The position numbers and the translations under genes are program-made. A stretch of 64,000 bases of DNA from Chloroflexota bacterium. Its GTDB lineage: Bacteria; Chloroflexota; Anaerolineae; Aggregatilineales; J027. The stretch is from assembly GCA_016234595.1 (NCBI GenBank), contig JACRBG010000011.1, positions 37,227-101,226 on the forward strand. Direction: 5' to 3'. The notes below the pieces were generated by a model that was given only the letters and a program-made list of their open reading frames with translations, did no database searches and was not told the DNA's origin. Shown here one piece after another: positions 1 to 9,547 of this stretch; position 1 is the stretch's first letter, and the number at the start of each line of letters is the position of its first letter.

Positions 1-617
1 CCACCACCAGCACCCGGCCCGGTTGTGTTATTGCTAACCCGTAGGCCACCAACCAACACATTCGTGATTTGTCGCCCACCAGTCAGATAGACATGCAGGC
101 GAATTTGATAGAGGCCGTCCGGGATGGAGGCTGTATTCCACACTCCTAGCACATTATTAATGACGGGCTGGGTAATGGCTTGAGGGGTAATCGGATAGTA
201 GAGACCCCCAGTGTTCGGATCAGGGCCGAACTCTAGGGCATATTGCACAAAATCGGGGTGGCTGGCACTGCCAAAAACGCTGACATTGCCCCGAATGGCT
301 GTCCCCACAACGGGCGAGACAATTTGCATATTCTCCGGCCAACGTGAGGGTAGAGTTGGCGCTACACCCCCATTACTACTTGGGAATCCTCCAAAAGCAG
401 TTGGAACTGGCGGGTTGCCCGCTACCACTAATGGGGTGGGCGATACGACCCCCGGCAGCGGTGTGTTGATTGGCGTGACGGTTGGCAGGAAGCGCACCGT
501 TGGACGGCTACCCTCCTGATTATCCTTTTTGTTGGAACGACACGCCACAAAAACGAGCGATAGCACAAGGAGCAGCACGATCGCTGCTGTCATTCTTCGA
601 GATTTGTAAGGCGGCAT
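1..617 (-). CDS. Putative lipoprotein with Pro/Thr-rich linker and Ig-like domain (3' end runs off the window; absent from the ORF track)
   Basis: Own translation from ATG at 617: MPPYKSRRMTAAIVLLLVLSLVFVAC (lipobox-like) ...MQIVSPVVGTAIRGNVSVFGSASHPDFVQYALEFGPDP...; open to position 1. Confidence 0.75.
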   Translation of the reverse strand, partial: MPPYKSRRMTAAIVLLLVLSLVFVACRSNKKDNQEGSRPTVRFLPTVTPINTPLPGVVSPTPLVVAGNPPVPTAFGGFPSSNGGVAPTLPSRWPENMQIVSPVVGTAIRGNVSVFGSASHPDFVQYALEFGPDPNTGGLYYPITPQAITQPVINNVLGVWNTASIPDGLYQIRLHVYLTGGRQITNVLVGGLRVSNNTTGPGAGG

Positions 618-845
618 CACAGCCCCTCCACAATAAGATAGATATATTTACCTGACGACGATAAGACATCTCAAAAGAAATGCCCTACTATGAGGTTAGT
701 GAAAAGCGTAAAGTCGTGCAACCCACAATTGACCACTGATTTTCCGTTTGTGCAAGCAGGGTATTCGGCAAACATAAAACACGGTAAAATACCCAAAACG
801 CCTATCCGCAAAAACGATAGGGTCATTGTTGTATAGAGGTGCTTC

Positions 846-1427
846 ATGGCAGTACGAGAAATTATTACGCCACAAAACGCAATCTTGCGGAAAAAGGCCA
901 ACAAGGTCACTAATTTTGCCGACCCCAAACTGCAAACGCTCATCGAAGATATGGTCGAGACGATGCACGACGCGGGGGGGGTTGGTCTGGCTGCACCCCA
1001 AGTGGCTATTACTCAGCGGGTCATCGTAATTGAGCTACCCGACGATGAAGAATCGAAAGAGGAATATGGCGAAAACGCCGGGGTGTTGTTTGTGGTCATC
1101 AACCCCGAAATTGTCAAAGCGTCGGAAGAAATGGTTGAAGGGGTCGAGGCGTGCCTTTCTATTCCCGGTTATTTTGGTAAGGTGGATCGGCATGTGGCGG
1201 TGACAGTGCAAGGTCAAGACCGCAACGGCAAAGAAATCCGCATTAAATCGAGGGATTGGCTGGCGCGGGTGTTTCAACATGAAATTGACCATCTAAATGG
1301 GGTTTTGTATATTGACCATGCCAAAGAAGTTTGGAAGGCCTCGGAGATGGAACAAGGCGAAACTGACGAAGTTGCTGACGAAAATACAGTTTCCGAAACC
1401 ACCGATGGAAATACCCCGTCCAGCTAA
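846..1427 (+). CDS. def: Peptide deformylase
   Basis: Motifs GVGLAAPQ, EACLS, QHEIDHLNG. Confidence 0.97.
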   Translation: MAVREIITPQNAILRKKANKVTNFADPKLQTLIEDMVETMHDAGGVGLAAPQVAITQRVIVIELPDDEESKEEYGENAGVLFVVINPEIVKASEEMVEGVEACLSIPGYFGKVDRHVAVTVQGQDRNGKEIRIKSRDWLARVFQHEIDHLNGVLYIDHAKEVWKASEMEQGETDEVADENTVSETTDGNTPSS

Positions 1428-1503
1428 ATTGGGGTATTCAATGCTATAGTCGTAATCATTTAATAGAACCAGTCCGCGAACTCTTGGTCAAAGGGGGACG
1501 CTT

Positions 1504-2409
1504 ATGCAGCGCCTGCGTGAACTTTGGATAGCTTTTCGTAATTTTGCGATTGTGTTTTCGTTTATTATGAACTTTATTTTGCTGTTGGTTTTAATCAATG
1601 TGGTATTGCTGATTTTTCAAATTAAAAATGGCATTGCCGAGCCACTTTTACAGGGACTACACAGCAATTTTGTGGGCTTGGACGAAGCGCGTATCCAGAC
1701 GGAAATTCAAGTTAATGACGAAATTCCGATTAACTTTACCTTGCCTGTCTCGGACGAAATTCCAATCAACTTTACCTTGCCTGTCTCCGACAACACGGAT
1801 GTTTATCTAACCGAAGATGTGGTGATTGATAACGTCCCAGCCTATTTTGCTATTGAGGGCGGCGCGGGCAATATTTCGGGAACAGTAGATATTCGACTGC
1901 CTGCTGAGACCCGCCTACCCATTCGATTGTCATTGAGTGTGCCAGTTGAACAAACTGTGCCGATCAATATTAATGTGCCTGTCCAGCAAACCATACCAGT
2001 GAGTTTGACTGTGCCAGTGGATATTCCTTTGAATGAAACGCAACTGCATGAGCCATTTAACAATCTCAGAAATTTGTTTGAACCCTATGTCCGGGCGTTA
2101 GGCAACTTGCCGAGCAATTGGGGCGATGTCCCGGCGTTTGTGGGCGATGTGTTAAGCGGGAATGTCAATCTGATGAACCCGACGAACTATACCCGCGATC
2201 CATGGAAGGGATTTGAAGGCGAACAGACCCCCGAATCACCTGCGCCGGATGGTACACCCGTTGAAGGGGCAACCGTCACACCCGATGGGACAACGCCTAG
2301 TGCACCCGTCGAGGGTGGTACACCTATTACCGAAACGCCACCGCCGCCGCCCATCCAGCAGATGACCCCCACCTTCACACCATTTGGGGCAACGCCAGTT
2401 GGGGGCTGA
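1504..2409 (+). CDS. Hypothetical membrane-anchored protein with beta-rich repeats and Pro/Thr-rich tail
   Basis: 301-aa ORF, N-terminal hydrophobic helix, repeated IPINFTLPVS / VPININVPV motifs. Confidence 0.8.
   Translation: MQRLRELWIAFRNFAIVFSFIMNFILLLVLINVVLLIFQIKNGIAEPLLQGLHSNFVGLDEARIQTEIQVNDEIPINFTLPVSDEIPINFTLPVSDNTDVYLTEDVVIDNVPAYFAIEGGAGNISGTVDIRLPAETRLPIRLSLSVPVEQTVPININVPVQQTIPVSLTVPVDIPLNETQLHEPFNNLRNLFEPYVRALGNLPSNWGDVPAFVGDVLSGNVNLMNPTNYTRDPWKGFEGEQTPESPAPDGTPVEGATVTPDGTTPSAPVEGGTPITETPPPPPIQQMTPTFTPFGATPVGG
1717..1788 (+). repeat. 36-bp in-frame tandem duplication (DEIPINFTLPVS x2)
   Basis: gacgaaattccgattaactttaccttgcctgtctcg followed by gacgaaattccaatcaactttaccttgcctgtctcc; only synonymous differences. 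Confidence 0.9.
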
Positions 2410-2433
2410 TCTTTTACTAGAATAGGATTTTGC

Positions 2434-3342
2434 ATGAGCATTTCTCAGTCACATACCCCGGAAGTCATGAATTATGAGGGGTCGGGTTATAAGAAGGATT
2501 TTTGGGAAGGCAAGGGCCGCGATTATGAGGATCGCGTGGAGCGAATTGCCATTCAACGCCTGATTCCACCAACAGGTAAACGCCTGTTGGAACTGGGGGC
2601 AGGCTTTGGACGGTTGACCGATTTATATGATGGGTATGAGCAAGTGATCTTGTTGGATTATTCCCACTCCCTGCTGCAAGATGCTCAAGCCAGATTAGGC
2701 AAGGGCGAACGCTATATTTATGTGGCGGCCAATCTCTATCAACTGCCCATTGCGGATGGAGTGTGTGACGCGGCCACACTGATTCGGGTGATTCACCATA
2801 TTTCCGATGTGCCTGCTGTGTTAAAACAGATACGTTCTGCCCTGACACCCAATGCCGTGTTTGTGCTGGAATTTGCCAATAAACGGAATTTTAAGGCGAT
2901 TTTGCGCTATTTGCTGCGCCGCCAAAGCTGGAATCCATTTAGCTCGGAGCCTATCGAGTTTGTCAAACTGAATTTTGACTTCCATCCCCATTTTATGGCG
3001 GATGCACTGGGCGGGGCAGGTTTTGCAACGAAGCGACGCTTGGCCGTGTCGTATTTTCGGCTGGGCATATTAAAACGCTTTGTCCCCACGTCGGTGCTGG
3101 TAGCACTGGATAAGTGGCTGCAACCGACAGGCGGTGTTATGGCTTACTCGCCGAGTGTTTTCACTAAAAATGTCGCGGTGGGGTCGTCACCAGTCAGAAA
3201 TTTTGATGGGCCGCTTTTTAAATGTCCAGCCTGTGGTTCGACAGCGTTGATGAAACAAGAAGATCGGCTGACGTGTGGCGGTTGTGGGGCACAATGGGCT
3301 GTCCGCGATGGCATCTATGATTTTCGCGAACCTCTTAAATAA
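2434..3342 (+). CDS. Class I SAM-dependent methyltransferase with C-terminal Zn-ribbon (Trm112-like) tail
   Basis: LELGAGFG SAM motif; C-terminal CPACG...CGGCG...GIYDF. Confidence 0.85.
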   Translation: MSISQSHTPEVMNYEGSGYKKDFWEGKGRDYEDRVERIAIQRLIPPTGKRLLELGAGFGRLTDLYDGYEQVILLDYSHSLLQDAQARLGKGERYIYVAANLYQLPIADGVCDAATLIRVIHHISDVPAVLKQIRSALTPNAVFVLEFANKRNFKAILRYLLRRQSWNPFSSEPIEFVKLNFDFHPHFMADALGGAGFATKRRLAVSYFRLGILKRFVPTSVLVALDKWLQPTGGVMAYSPSVFTKNVAVGSSPVRNFDGPLFKCPACGSTALMKQEDRLTCGGCGAQWAVRDGIYDFREPLK

Positions 3343-3355
3343 ATAGACCAAAAAT

Positions 3356-3380
3356 GGGGCGAATCAAATGGGTTCGCCCC
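3356..3380. terminator. Hairpin between convergent genes, likely bidirectional terminator
   Basis: ggggcgaa-N9-ttcgcccc, A-run on the left side. Confidence 0.6.
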
Positions 3381-3391
3381 TAATCAATCGG

Positions 3392-3829
3392 TTATTTCTG
3401 CATTTTTTCCAGTGTGGCGTTCAATTTATTGAGTGATTCGATGAGCTTTTCTTCGGTGGTAGGGCCAGCCGGAGCCGCTGCTGCTTCTTGTTTCTTCATA
3501 CGATCCATCATGGCGTTGAAGGCTTTGACGACCATAAACAAGGCAAAGGCGACAATCAAAAAGTTGATGATATAGTTGATGAAAATGCCGTAATTGATGG
3601 TGGCCGCGCCTGCGTCCTTGGCTTGTTGGAGCGAGTCATATTTGCCATCGGATAGGGTGATAAACAGGTTGGTAAAATCCACATCACCCAAAATATAGCC
3701 GATGGGAGGCATGATGATGTCGTTGACCAATGAATTGACGATACTCCCAAAGGCCAAGCCCATGATAATCCCGACGGCTAAATCAAGGACGTTGCCACGT
3801 AAGATGAACTTCTTAAATTCGTTAAACAT
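3392..3829 (-). CDS. mscL: Large-conductance mechanosensitive channel
   Basis: FKKFILRGNVLDLAVGIIMG; ATG at 3829 with AGGAG upstream. Confidence 0.97.
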   Translation of the reverse strand: MFNEFKKFILRGNVLDLAVGIIMGLAFGSIVNSLVNDIIMPPIGYILGDVDFTNLFITLSDGKYDSLQQAKDAGAATINYGIFINYIINFLIVAFALFMVVKAFNAMMDRMKKQEAAAAPAGPTTEEKLIESLNKLNATLEKMQK

Positions 3830-3998
3830 TATATTTTTCTCCTGATGCCAAAAGTTCACACTAAGAGATGATACTATAACCTTTGCTCCAAAGATGCGAG
3901 TTGGTATTTGGTTAAGATAATAATTTTACGGGAGCAAAAACTTTCGGTGCGATGCGAAGTAAAATTGGCAACACATTTATTGAAGGAGGATTTTGGGC

Positions 3999-4931
3999 AT
4001 GACACAAATTGGCATCATGATTGAAGGGCAGCACGATTTAAATTGGGCACGCTGGAAAAGATTGTTACAGGCCGCCGAGGATTTTGGCTATCAATGTGTG
4101 TTTCGGTCAGACCATTTTACCAACGCGAACCCGCCCGATTATGATTCGTTGGAACTATGGGTGTCGCTGACCTATGCGGCCTCGCACACCAAAAGGATCG
4201 AGTTTGGGCCGCTGGTTACACCTGTAACGTTTCGTCATCCTGCGACGACCGTGCGGATGGCAGCGCAAGTGGATGATTTAAGCGAGGGACGTTTGGTTTT
4301 AGGGATGGGGGCAGGTTGGCAAGAACGCGAACATCGGCTGTTTGGCATCCCATTTTACGACGTGCCGACGCGGTTTGGGATGCTCACCGATGCGCTTGAA
4401 ATGACCCGACAACTCTTGTACAGCGACACACCTGTGACGTTTAAAGGCCAATATTTTTCATTGGACGAGGCCATTTTGCTGCCGCGCCCACAACGCAAGG
4501 GCGGCCCACCCATTTTGATTGGGGGGCGGGGGCCAAAACGTACCCTACCGCTGGCGGCTAAATATGCGGATGAGTGGAATGGGGTGTTTATCCCGCTGGA
4601 GCAATTTAAGGAACGCAATGCCCTCTTAAATCAGTTGTTAGATGAGGGCGGACGCTCTCGCCAAGAAGTCAAACGATCATTGATGACACAAGTAATCTAT
4701 GAACCCACTGAGGCTGAACTTGACGCCCGCCTCGCTGGAAAACCCAATGCAACCGAGTTGATTGCAAATAATGGCCTCATTGTGGGGACGGGGTCGGCGG
4801 TGGTTGACCAAATTGGGGCATGGGTCGAGGCTGGGGTCGAACGGTTTATGCTGCAATGGGTGGACTACGATAATATTGATGATTTGGAAAAAATGGCGCG
4901 GGACGTGTTGCCCCATTTTCATAAAAATTAA
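3999..4931 (+). CDS. LLM-class (luciferase-like, probably F420-dependent) oxidoreductase
   Basis: RSDHF, EFGPLVTP, GMGAGW, PILIGG motifs; RBS GAAGGAGG before ATG 3999. Confidence 0.85.
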   Translation: MTQIGIMIEGQHDLNWARWKRLLQAAEDFGYQCVFRSDHFTNANPPDYDSLELWVSLTYAASHTKRIEFGPLVTPVTFRHPATTVRMAAQVDDLSEGRLVLGMGAGWQEREHRLFGIPFYDVPTRFGMLTDALEMTRQLLYSDTPVTFKGQYFSLDEAILLPRPQRKGGPPILIGGRGPKRTLPLAAKYADEWNGVFIPLEQFKERNALLNQLLDEGGRSRQEVKRSLMTQVIYEPTEAELDARLAGKPNATELIANNGLIVGTGSAVVDQIGAWVEAGVERFMLQWVDYDNIDDLEKMARDVLPHFHKN

Positions 4932-4942
4932 CTTGTCAAAAT

Positions 4943-4978
4943 TAAGGGATGGGCCAAACCCCCATCCTTTTTATTTTT
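4943..4978 (+). terminator. Intrinsic terminator
   Basis: aagggatggg / cccatccttt stem followed by T-rich tract. Confidence 0.7.
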
Positions 4979-5516
4979 GATGGACTTCCCAATCACGACG
5001 CAGCAGGCCATAGTAGACCATATCAAGGCGCTGCCCATCCCGATAAACGGCTTCTTTTTGCGCACCCTCGTACCTAAAACCGGCTTTTTCATAGGTGCGG
5101 ATGGCGCGAGTGTTATTACTAATGACATTCAGGCCAATGCGGTGTAGGCCGAGTTCATTGAAGCCATAACGCAGTAGCAATTGCAAACCATCACTGCCAT
5201 AGCCTTTGCCCCAATAATCTGTGTCACCAATACCAATGGCTAGGAAGGCCGATTGGTTGGGCCACATGACTTCTAAATCGCCAAAGCCAATGAGGGTATC
5301 ATCCGCTAGTGTTCGAAATCTAAATAGAAAAAAATTTTGACTGGGGCTGGTTTCCCAATTATCTACTCCCTGCGCCGAAAGTGGACGGGCTGCTGCCGTA
5401 TCGAGCAAGCGAATAAACTCATCATTCTCCCACCACTTTGCCATAATTGTGTAATCGTCCGGCGTGGGGGCGGCAAGGCGAACAAGTTGGCCTTTAAAGA
5501 GGGGCTGGAAAAACAT
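4971..5516 (-). CDS. GNAT family (RimJ/RimL-like) N-acetyltransferase
   Basis: YWGKGYGSDGL acetyl-CoA motif, LHRIGLNV, YEKAGF; start moved to ATG 5516 (MFFQPLFKG). Confidence 0.88.
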   Translation of the reverse strand: MFFQPLFKGQLVRLAAPTPDDYTIMAKWWENDEFIRLLDTAAARPLSAQGVDNWETSPSQNFFLFRFRTLADDTLIGFGDLEVMWPNQSAFLAIGIGDTDYWGKGYGSDGLQLLLRYGFNELGLHRIGLNVISNNTRAIRTYEKAGFRYEGAQKEAVYRDGQRLDMVYYGLLRRDWEVHQK

Positions 5517-5527
5517 TATGGCAATCC

Positions 5528-7144
5528 TTATGCGATGAGCAAGGCGGCATGAGTAAACCATTCCATAGTCAATTCAAGCTGGTTTTCTAAAATTTCCTTG
5601 ACCTTATCGGGGTCAGTCACGGGTTCGTTGTTAATATGGAAACCAAAGGAGCCTTTGGCAAATAAATCCAGCAGGGCGTTCATCAAATCGGTGCGATTGT
5701 TGGTTCCATCGAGTTTTAGGAGCAAAAAGTGACTAATGGCGTCTAATTCAACCCGCTCATGGCGCATATTGGGGACAAGGAGCGATGATCTCGCCATATA
5801 ACGGGCAATCGGACTGATGGTGGGATATTCACTTAATTCGGTGAGGTAACGTGGGGCGACCAGTGAGAAGGCAATGAGATTGGTGCTGTAACTGTAGGCT
5901 TGCAACAAATTGGCGGCCAAAATTTGGGCTTCGCGGTTGATGCTGGCGGCATCGTCGGGTTGTGGCTCAAATTCGGCTAGGATGTTGCGGGCGGCGATGA
6001 ACAGCGACCTAAATGGAATTGATTGGGGCGAGACCTCACTCAGATAGAAAAAGGCTGCCTTAGAGAGTGGGTGGTCAGTAGTGAAGTTGGCTTTATCCGA
6101 CGCGGCAAATTTTTCGGGGGAGACGGTGGCAATATCGAGTTCTTGATTGACCGGATGGGCCATTGAACTAACCCGAAAGGTGGTGACCCGTTCTAATTTA
6201 ATGGTGCGTTCCAGTTCGATCTCGGCATGGCAGAGCAGGGTTTTCCGAAAATTGCGGTTGCGTAGGAAATCCAAATATTGTTCGGTTTCGATGATGTCCC
6301 CGGCAAACCCTTTGAGGTTTTCGATTACGGGGTCTTTAAGATTGTTCACCATAACAGTCGGAAACTCGGCCTCGACCAGATATTGTAAGCCGTGTTGGGC
6401 GGCGTGGCTGGCAAACTCATGAAAATAGAGGGCGTCGTTGATTTCGGCCAATTCATCATGCAGGATGACGGAATTGCTGCGCGAAGTGGCATGTTCGAGG
6501 CGCTGTTGCAGCATATCAGAATAGGTGTTGAGAAAGGCCGCAAAGCCACTGTCGGGGATGGTGTTGTTTTCCCGCAAAAACGCCATAAAGTCACGGGCGC
6601 TTTCGGCTTGTTCAAAGGGTGTTGTAGTGTTACGAGTGTGATAGAGCATCATCTCGCGCACCATACGGGTCATGTAGCTACCTGGATAGGTGTTGTAGCT
6701 GATATAGGCCACACCGTTGAGTGCTAGATTTTGTTTGCAGACGCGCATCACAGCATCCCGAACTTCAGGGGGAACCCATGAATAGACGCCATGCGCGATA
6801 ATGTAATCAAATTCACCAAACTCAGGCGTAATGTCTAGGATGTCGCGAGCTTCGAGACGAACATTTTTTAGACCGAGGGCCTCAATGCCCGCTAGGCCTT
6901 CTTGGATTTGGATAGGTGAGATGTCAATGCCAACAAATTGCGATTCGGGAAAGGCGTAGGCAAAGGGAATGATATTCCAGCCGCTGGCTGTGCCGAGCTC
7001 GAGGACACGGCATTTTTCGGGCGAGGCAGGATTGAGACCAAGCAAAGTGGCAAGAGTGGCTAGATGGTCGGGATGGGTATGACTGTAGCCTAAATTGGGA
7101 TAGGGTATGGCGTCGTAACTGGCAGCGATTGTTGATTGAGTCAT
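5528..7144 (-). CDS. Class I methyltransferase with regulatory domain and C-terminal winged helix (PKMT-like)
   Basis: VLELGTASG, FDYIIAHGVYSWV, YISYNTYPG, RNFRKTLLC motifs typical of MethyTransf_Reg-containing proteins. Confidence 0.82.
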   Translation of the reverse strand: MTQSTIAASYDAIPYPNLGYSHTHPDHLATLATLLGLNPASPEKCRVLELGTASGWNIIPFAYAFPESQFVGIDISPIQIQEGLAGIEALGLKNVRLEARDILDITPEFGEFDYIIAHGVYSWVPPEVRDAVMRVCKQNLALNGVAYISYNTYPGSYMTRMVREMMLYHTRNTTTPFEQAESARDFMAFLRENNTIPDSGFAAFLNTYSDMLQQRLEHATSRSNSVILHDELAEINDALYFHEFASHAAQHGLQYLVEAEFPTVMVNNLKDPVIENLKGFAGDIIETEQYLDFLRNRNFRKTLLCHAEIELERTIKLERVTTFRVSSMAHPVNQELDIATVSPEKFAASDKANFTTDHPLSKAAFFYLSEVSPQSIPFRSLFIAARNILAEFEPQPDDAASINREAQILAANLLQAYSYSTNLIAFSLVAPRYLTELSEYPTISPIARYMARSSLLVPNMRHERVELDAISHFLLLKLDGTNNRTDLMNALLDLFAKGSFGFHINNEPVTDPDKVKEILENQLELTMEWFTHAALLIA

Positions 7145-7409
7145 GAAAGGTCTCTTGGGGGACTAAAAATAAAAAATTTAGGGTAAGGCAATTTCTGGCC
7201 CCGCCTCACGGTAAGTAGTCTAGCGTTTCCCTCTGCTGTTGGCAATTGAGGGGTTTGGTCGGTCATATCCCTATAGAATGTACGTTCTATTATTGATATT
7301 TATATGCGCCGGAGTTGAATTCGTAACTGTAGTTACGGATTTATGGATACTGGTTATATTTAGAAAGCAGGAAATGGCCGTTATTTATGGTATTGATTGG
7401 AGTGTGGCC

Positions 7410-8033
7410 GTGAAACTGAGAAATCTTTTGGGGTTGAGTGCGGTTCTGGTGTTTGTGGGGTTGGCCCAAATAATCTGGCGTAACCATGAGCCATTTTGGG
7501 ATAGAAGCCTGATGCTGGAGATACATCAACATCAGGCGGCGTGGCTGGACACGGTTATGAAAGGCATTACGCTGACGGGCAGTGGCTATTGTGTTGATCT
7601 TGTGGCTTTTGGAGTAGCGATGTGGTTGTGGTGGAAGGGGCAAGGGCACAAATTACAAGCGTTTATTTTACTTATCACGGTAGTGGGGCTAAGGATAGGT
7701 AATGGCTGGTTAAAGCAACTATTTGAGCGACCACGTCCTGAAGTTTTTCCACCCTTAACGACTGCCGGAGGATATAGTTTCCCAAGTGGACATACGATGA
7801 ACGCGATGGCATTTTATGGTCTTGTGGCGGTATGGTTATGGCGAACCCATTACCGAGGCTGGGCGATTGTCGCAGGAGCATGGGTGGTGATGGTGGCGAT
7901 CAGTCGGGTTTATTTAGGGGTGCATTATCCGAGTGATGTTATTGGGGCAATCGCGTTTGGGGCGATTTGGATTGTGGTTGTGACGACTGGGCAGGATATG
8001 TGGCAAAAACGGAATAATGAGGGTAAAGATTAA
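7410..8033 (+). CDS. PAP2 family phosphatase (membrane)
   Basis: KQLFERPRP, SFPSGH, SRVYLGVHYPSD; start uncertain (GTG 7410 with GGAG upstream). Confidence 0.9.
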   Translation: MKLRNLLGLSAVLVFVGLAQIIWRNHEPFWDRSLMLEIHQHQAAWLDTVMKGITLTGSGYCVDLVAFGVAMWLWWKGQGHKLQAFILLITVVGLRIGNGWLKQLFERPRPEVFPPLTTAGGYSFPSGHTMNAMAFYGLVAVWLWRTHYRGWAIVAGAWVVMVAISRVYLGVHYPSDVIGAIAFGAIWIVVVTTGQDMWQKRNNEGKD

Positions 8034-8060
8034 ACCCGGTATCGTTGAGCAATACCGGGT
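8034..8060. terminator. Hairpin between convergent genes
   Basis: acccggtat-N9-ataccgggt. Confidence 0.5.
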
Positions 8061-8073
8061 GTGATTGGCTGGT

Positions 8074-9222
8074 TTAGGCAACGGCGACCCGCTGCAAATT
8101 TTTGACGGCGATGGCAAGGGTCCGGATGGTTTCTTCAATATCGCGCTGAGTGGTGTGTGTGCCGACCGTCAAACGCAAACTGGCGGAGGCTAATTCGGGA
8201 GAATAACCCAGTGCCAATAGAACACTGGATGGGGCCTGACTGCCTGCTTTGCACGCCGATGCACCACTGGCTGCGATGCCCTTTTCATCGAGATAACTAA
8301 TCAAGAACGAACCATGAATTTCTTCAATCACGAAACTGGCATGGGAGGGCAAGCGATCATGGGGATGCCCGGTCAGAACCGCCCCCGGAATGGTATTGAG
8401 GACACCTTTAATTAGAGCATCACGCAAGGTTTGGAAATGGGCATTGCGGGTTTCCAATTCTTGATAGGCCAGTTCTAGTGCTTTTGCAAAACCAACAATA
8501 AGCGGGGTTGCGTGAGTGCCAGCGCGTAGACCGCGTTCGTGTCCGCCGCCTGTTTGGGCAGGGGCAATTTCGATGCCATCGCGGATATAGAGTGCGCCAA
8601 TGCCCTTTGGTCCATAGAATTTGTGGGCGGAGAGGCTCATTAAATCCACCCCCAGTTTTTGGACATCTAAAGAAAGCTGCCCAGCAGCTTGCACGGCATC
8701 AGTATGAAAAATGACACCGCGTTCGTGGGCAAGGTCGGCTAGTTGCGGGATGGGTTGAATCGTGCCGATTTCATTGTTGGCATACATCACACTCAACAAA
8801 GTGGTGTCGAGGCGTAAGGCATTGGAGACTTCATGGAGGGAAACTTTGCCGGTACTATCAATGGGGAGGATGCTGCATTCAAACCCCTGTGTATCGGCTA
8901 ATTGGGTAATGGTTTTGCCGACCGCACCATGTTCAATCGCGGTAGTTACGAGATGTTTGCCGCGTTTGCGCTGTGTCCACGCTACGCCACGTACCGCCAA
9001 ATTATCACTTTCCGAGCCACCACTGGTAAAAATGATTTCGTGGGGTTGGCAATTGAGCACCCCGGCGATGGTTTCACGCGCTTGTTCAATGGCGGATTGG
9101 GCTTGATGACCGATGCGGTGAGCCGAAGACGCATTGCCAAAAACAGTCGTGAAATAGGGCAGCATTGTTTCGACAACGCGCGGGTCGGTGGGGGTAGTTG
9201 CGGAATGATCGAGGTATATCAT
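8074..9222 (-). CDS. iscS: Cysteine desulfurase (IscS/NifS family)
   Basis: YLDHSATT, FGNASS, HTDAVQ, SAHKFYGPKG (PLP Lys), SGASAC catalytic Cys loop. Confidence 0.92.
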   Translation of the reverse strand: MIYLDHSATTPTDPRVVETMLPYFTTVFGNASSAHRIGHQAQSAIEQARETIAGVLNCQPHEIIFTSGGSESDNLAVRGVAWTQRKRGKHLVTTAIEHGAVGKTITQLADTQGFECSILPIDSTGKVSLHEVSNALRLDTTLLSVMYANNEIGTIQPIPQLADLAHERGVIFHTDAVQAAGQLSLDVQKLGVDLMSLSAHKFYGPKGIGALYIRDGIEIAPAQTGGGHERGLRAGTHATPLIVGFAKALELAYQELETRNAHFQTLRDALIKGVLNTIPGAVLTGHPHDRLPSHASFVIEEIHGSFLISYLDEKGIAASGASACKAGSQAPSSVLLALGYSPELASASLRLTVGTHTTQRDIEETIRTLAIAVKNLQRVAVA

Positions 9223-9249
9223 TGGAATTGTTCTCCTAGGCTATAGAAA

Positions 9250-9283
9250 CAAAAAACCACTCACTAGGCATCAAGTGAGTGGT
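9250..9283 (-). terminator. Riboswitch-controlled intrinsic terminator upstream of the desulfurase
   Basis: Minus strand ACCACUCAC-loop-GUGAGUGGU followed by UUUUUGUUU. Confidence 0.85.
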
Positions 9284-9307
9284 AGAACAATCCACCATTG
9301 AGTTGTT

Positions 9308-9411
9308 GTTGCCACGCCAAATCGTGACCACATCTCCACAGGTGGTGGAAAGGCACCTTGGGCCGTTTAGACCGAGGTTGCCGGACTCCCTATCGGAGCC
9401 ACTCTTGATGC
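9308..9411 (-). ncRNA. SAM riboswitch, SAM-I/IV variant-like aptamer
   Basis: Minus strand GCAUCAAGAG-UGGCUCC/GGAGUC-CGGCAACC...AAGGUGCC-UCCAC/GUGGA-GAUGU, then P5 GUCACG/CGUGGC; SAM core conserved, P2 short with no kink-turn. Confidence 0.85.
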
Positions 9412-9547
9412 TTCACGATAAAATTAGCAGACCGATTGCGTTTTGTCAAAAAACTCCTTTGGGTCATTCGCACAATTACCTTACCCCCAACGTCCTCTCC
9501 AACGTGGCGAAAGGCGATAAATCAGCACGTATGACTTGAATGGCGTG

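Noticed and set aside
211-519. 102-aa plus-strand ORF
   Set aside because: Shadow of the minus-strand lipoprotein gene (1-617).
9308-9411. Canonical SAM-I (S-box)
   Set aside because: Lacks the long P2 with GAGGGA/GGCCC kink-turn and pseudoknot, and has an extra P5, so it was called SAM-I/IV-like.
9279-9539. 86-aa plus-strand ORF
   Set aside because: Antisense to the SAM riboswitch and its terminator; no protein motif.
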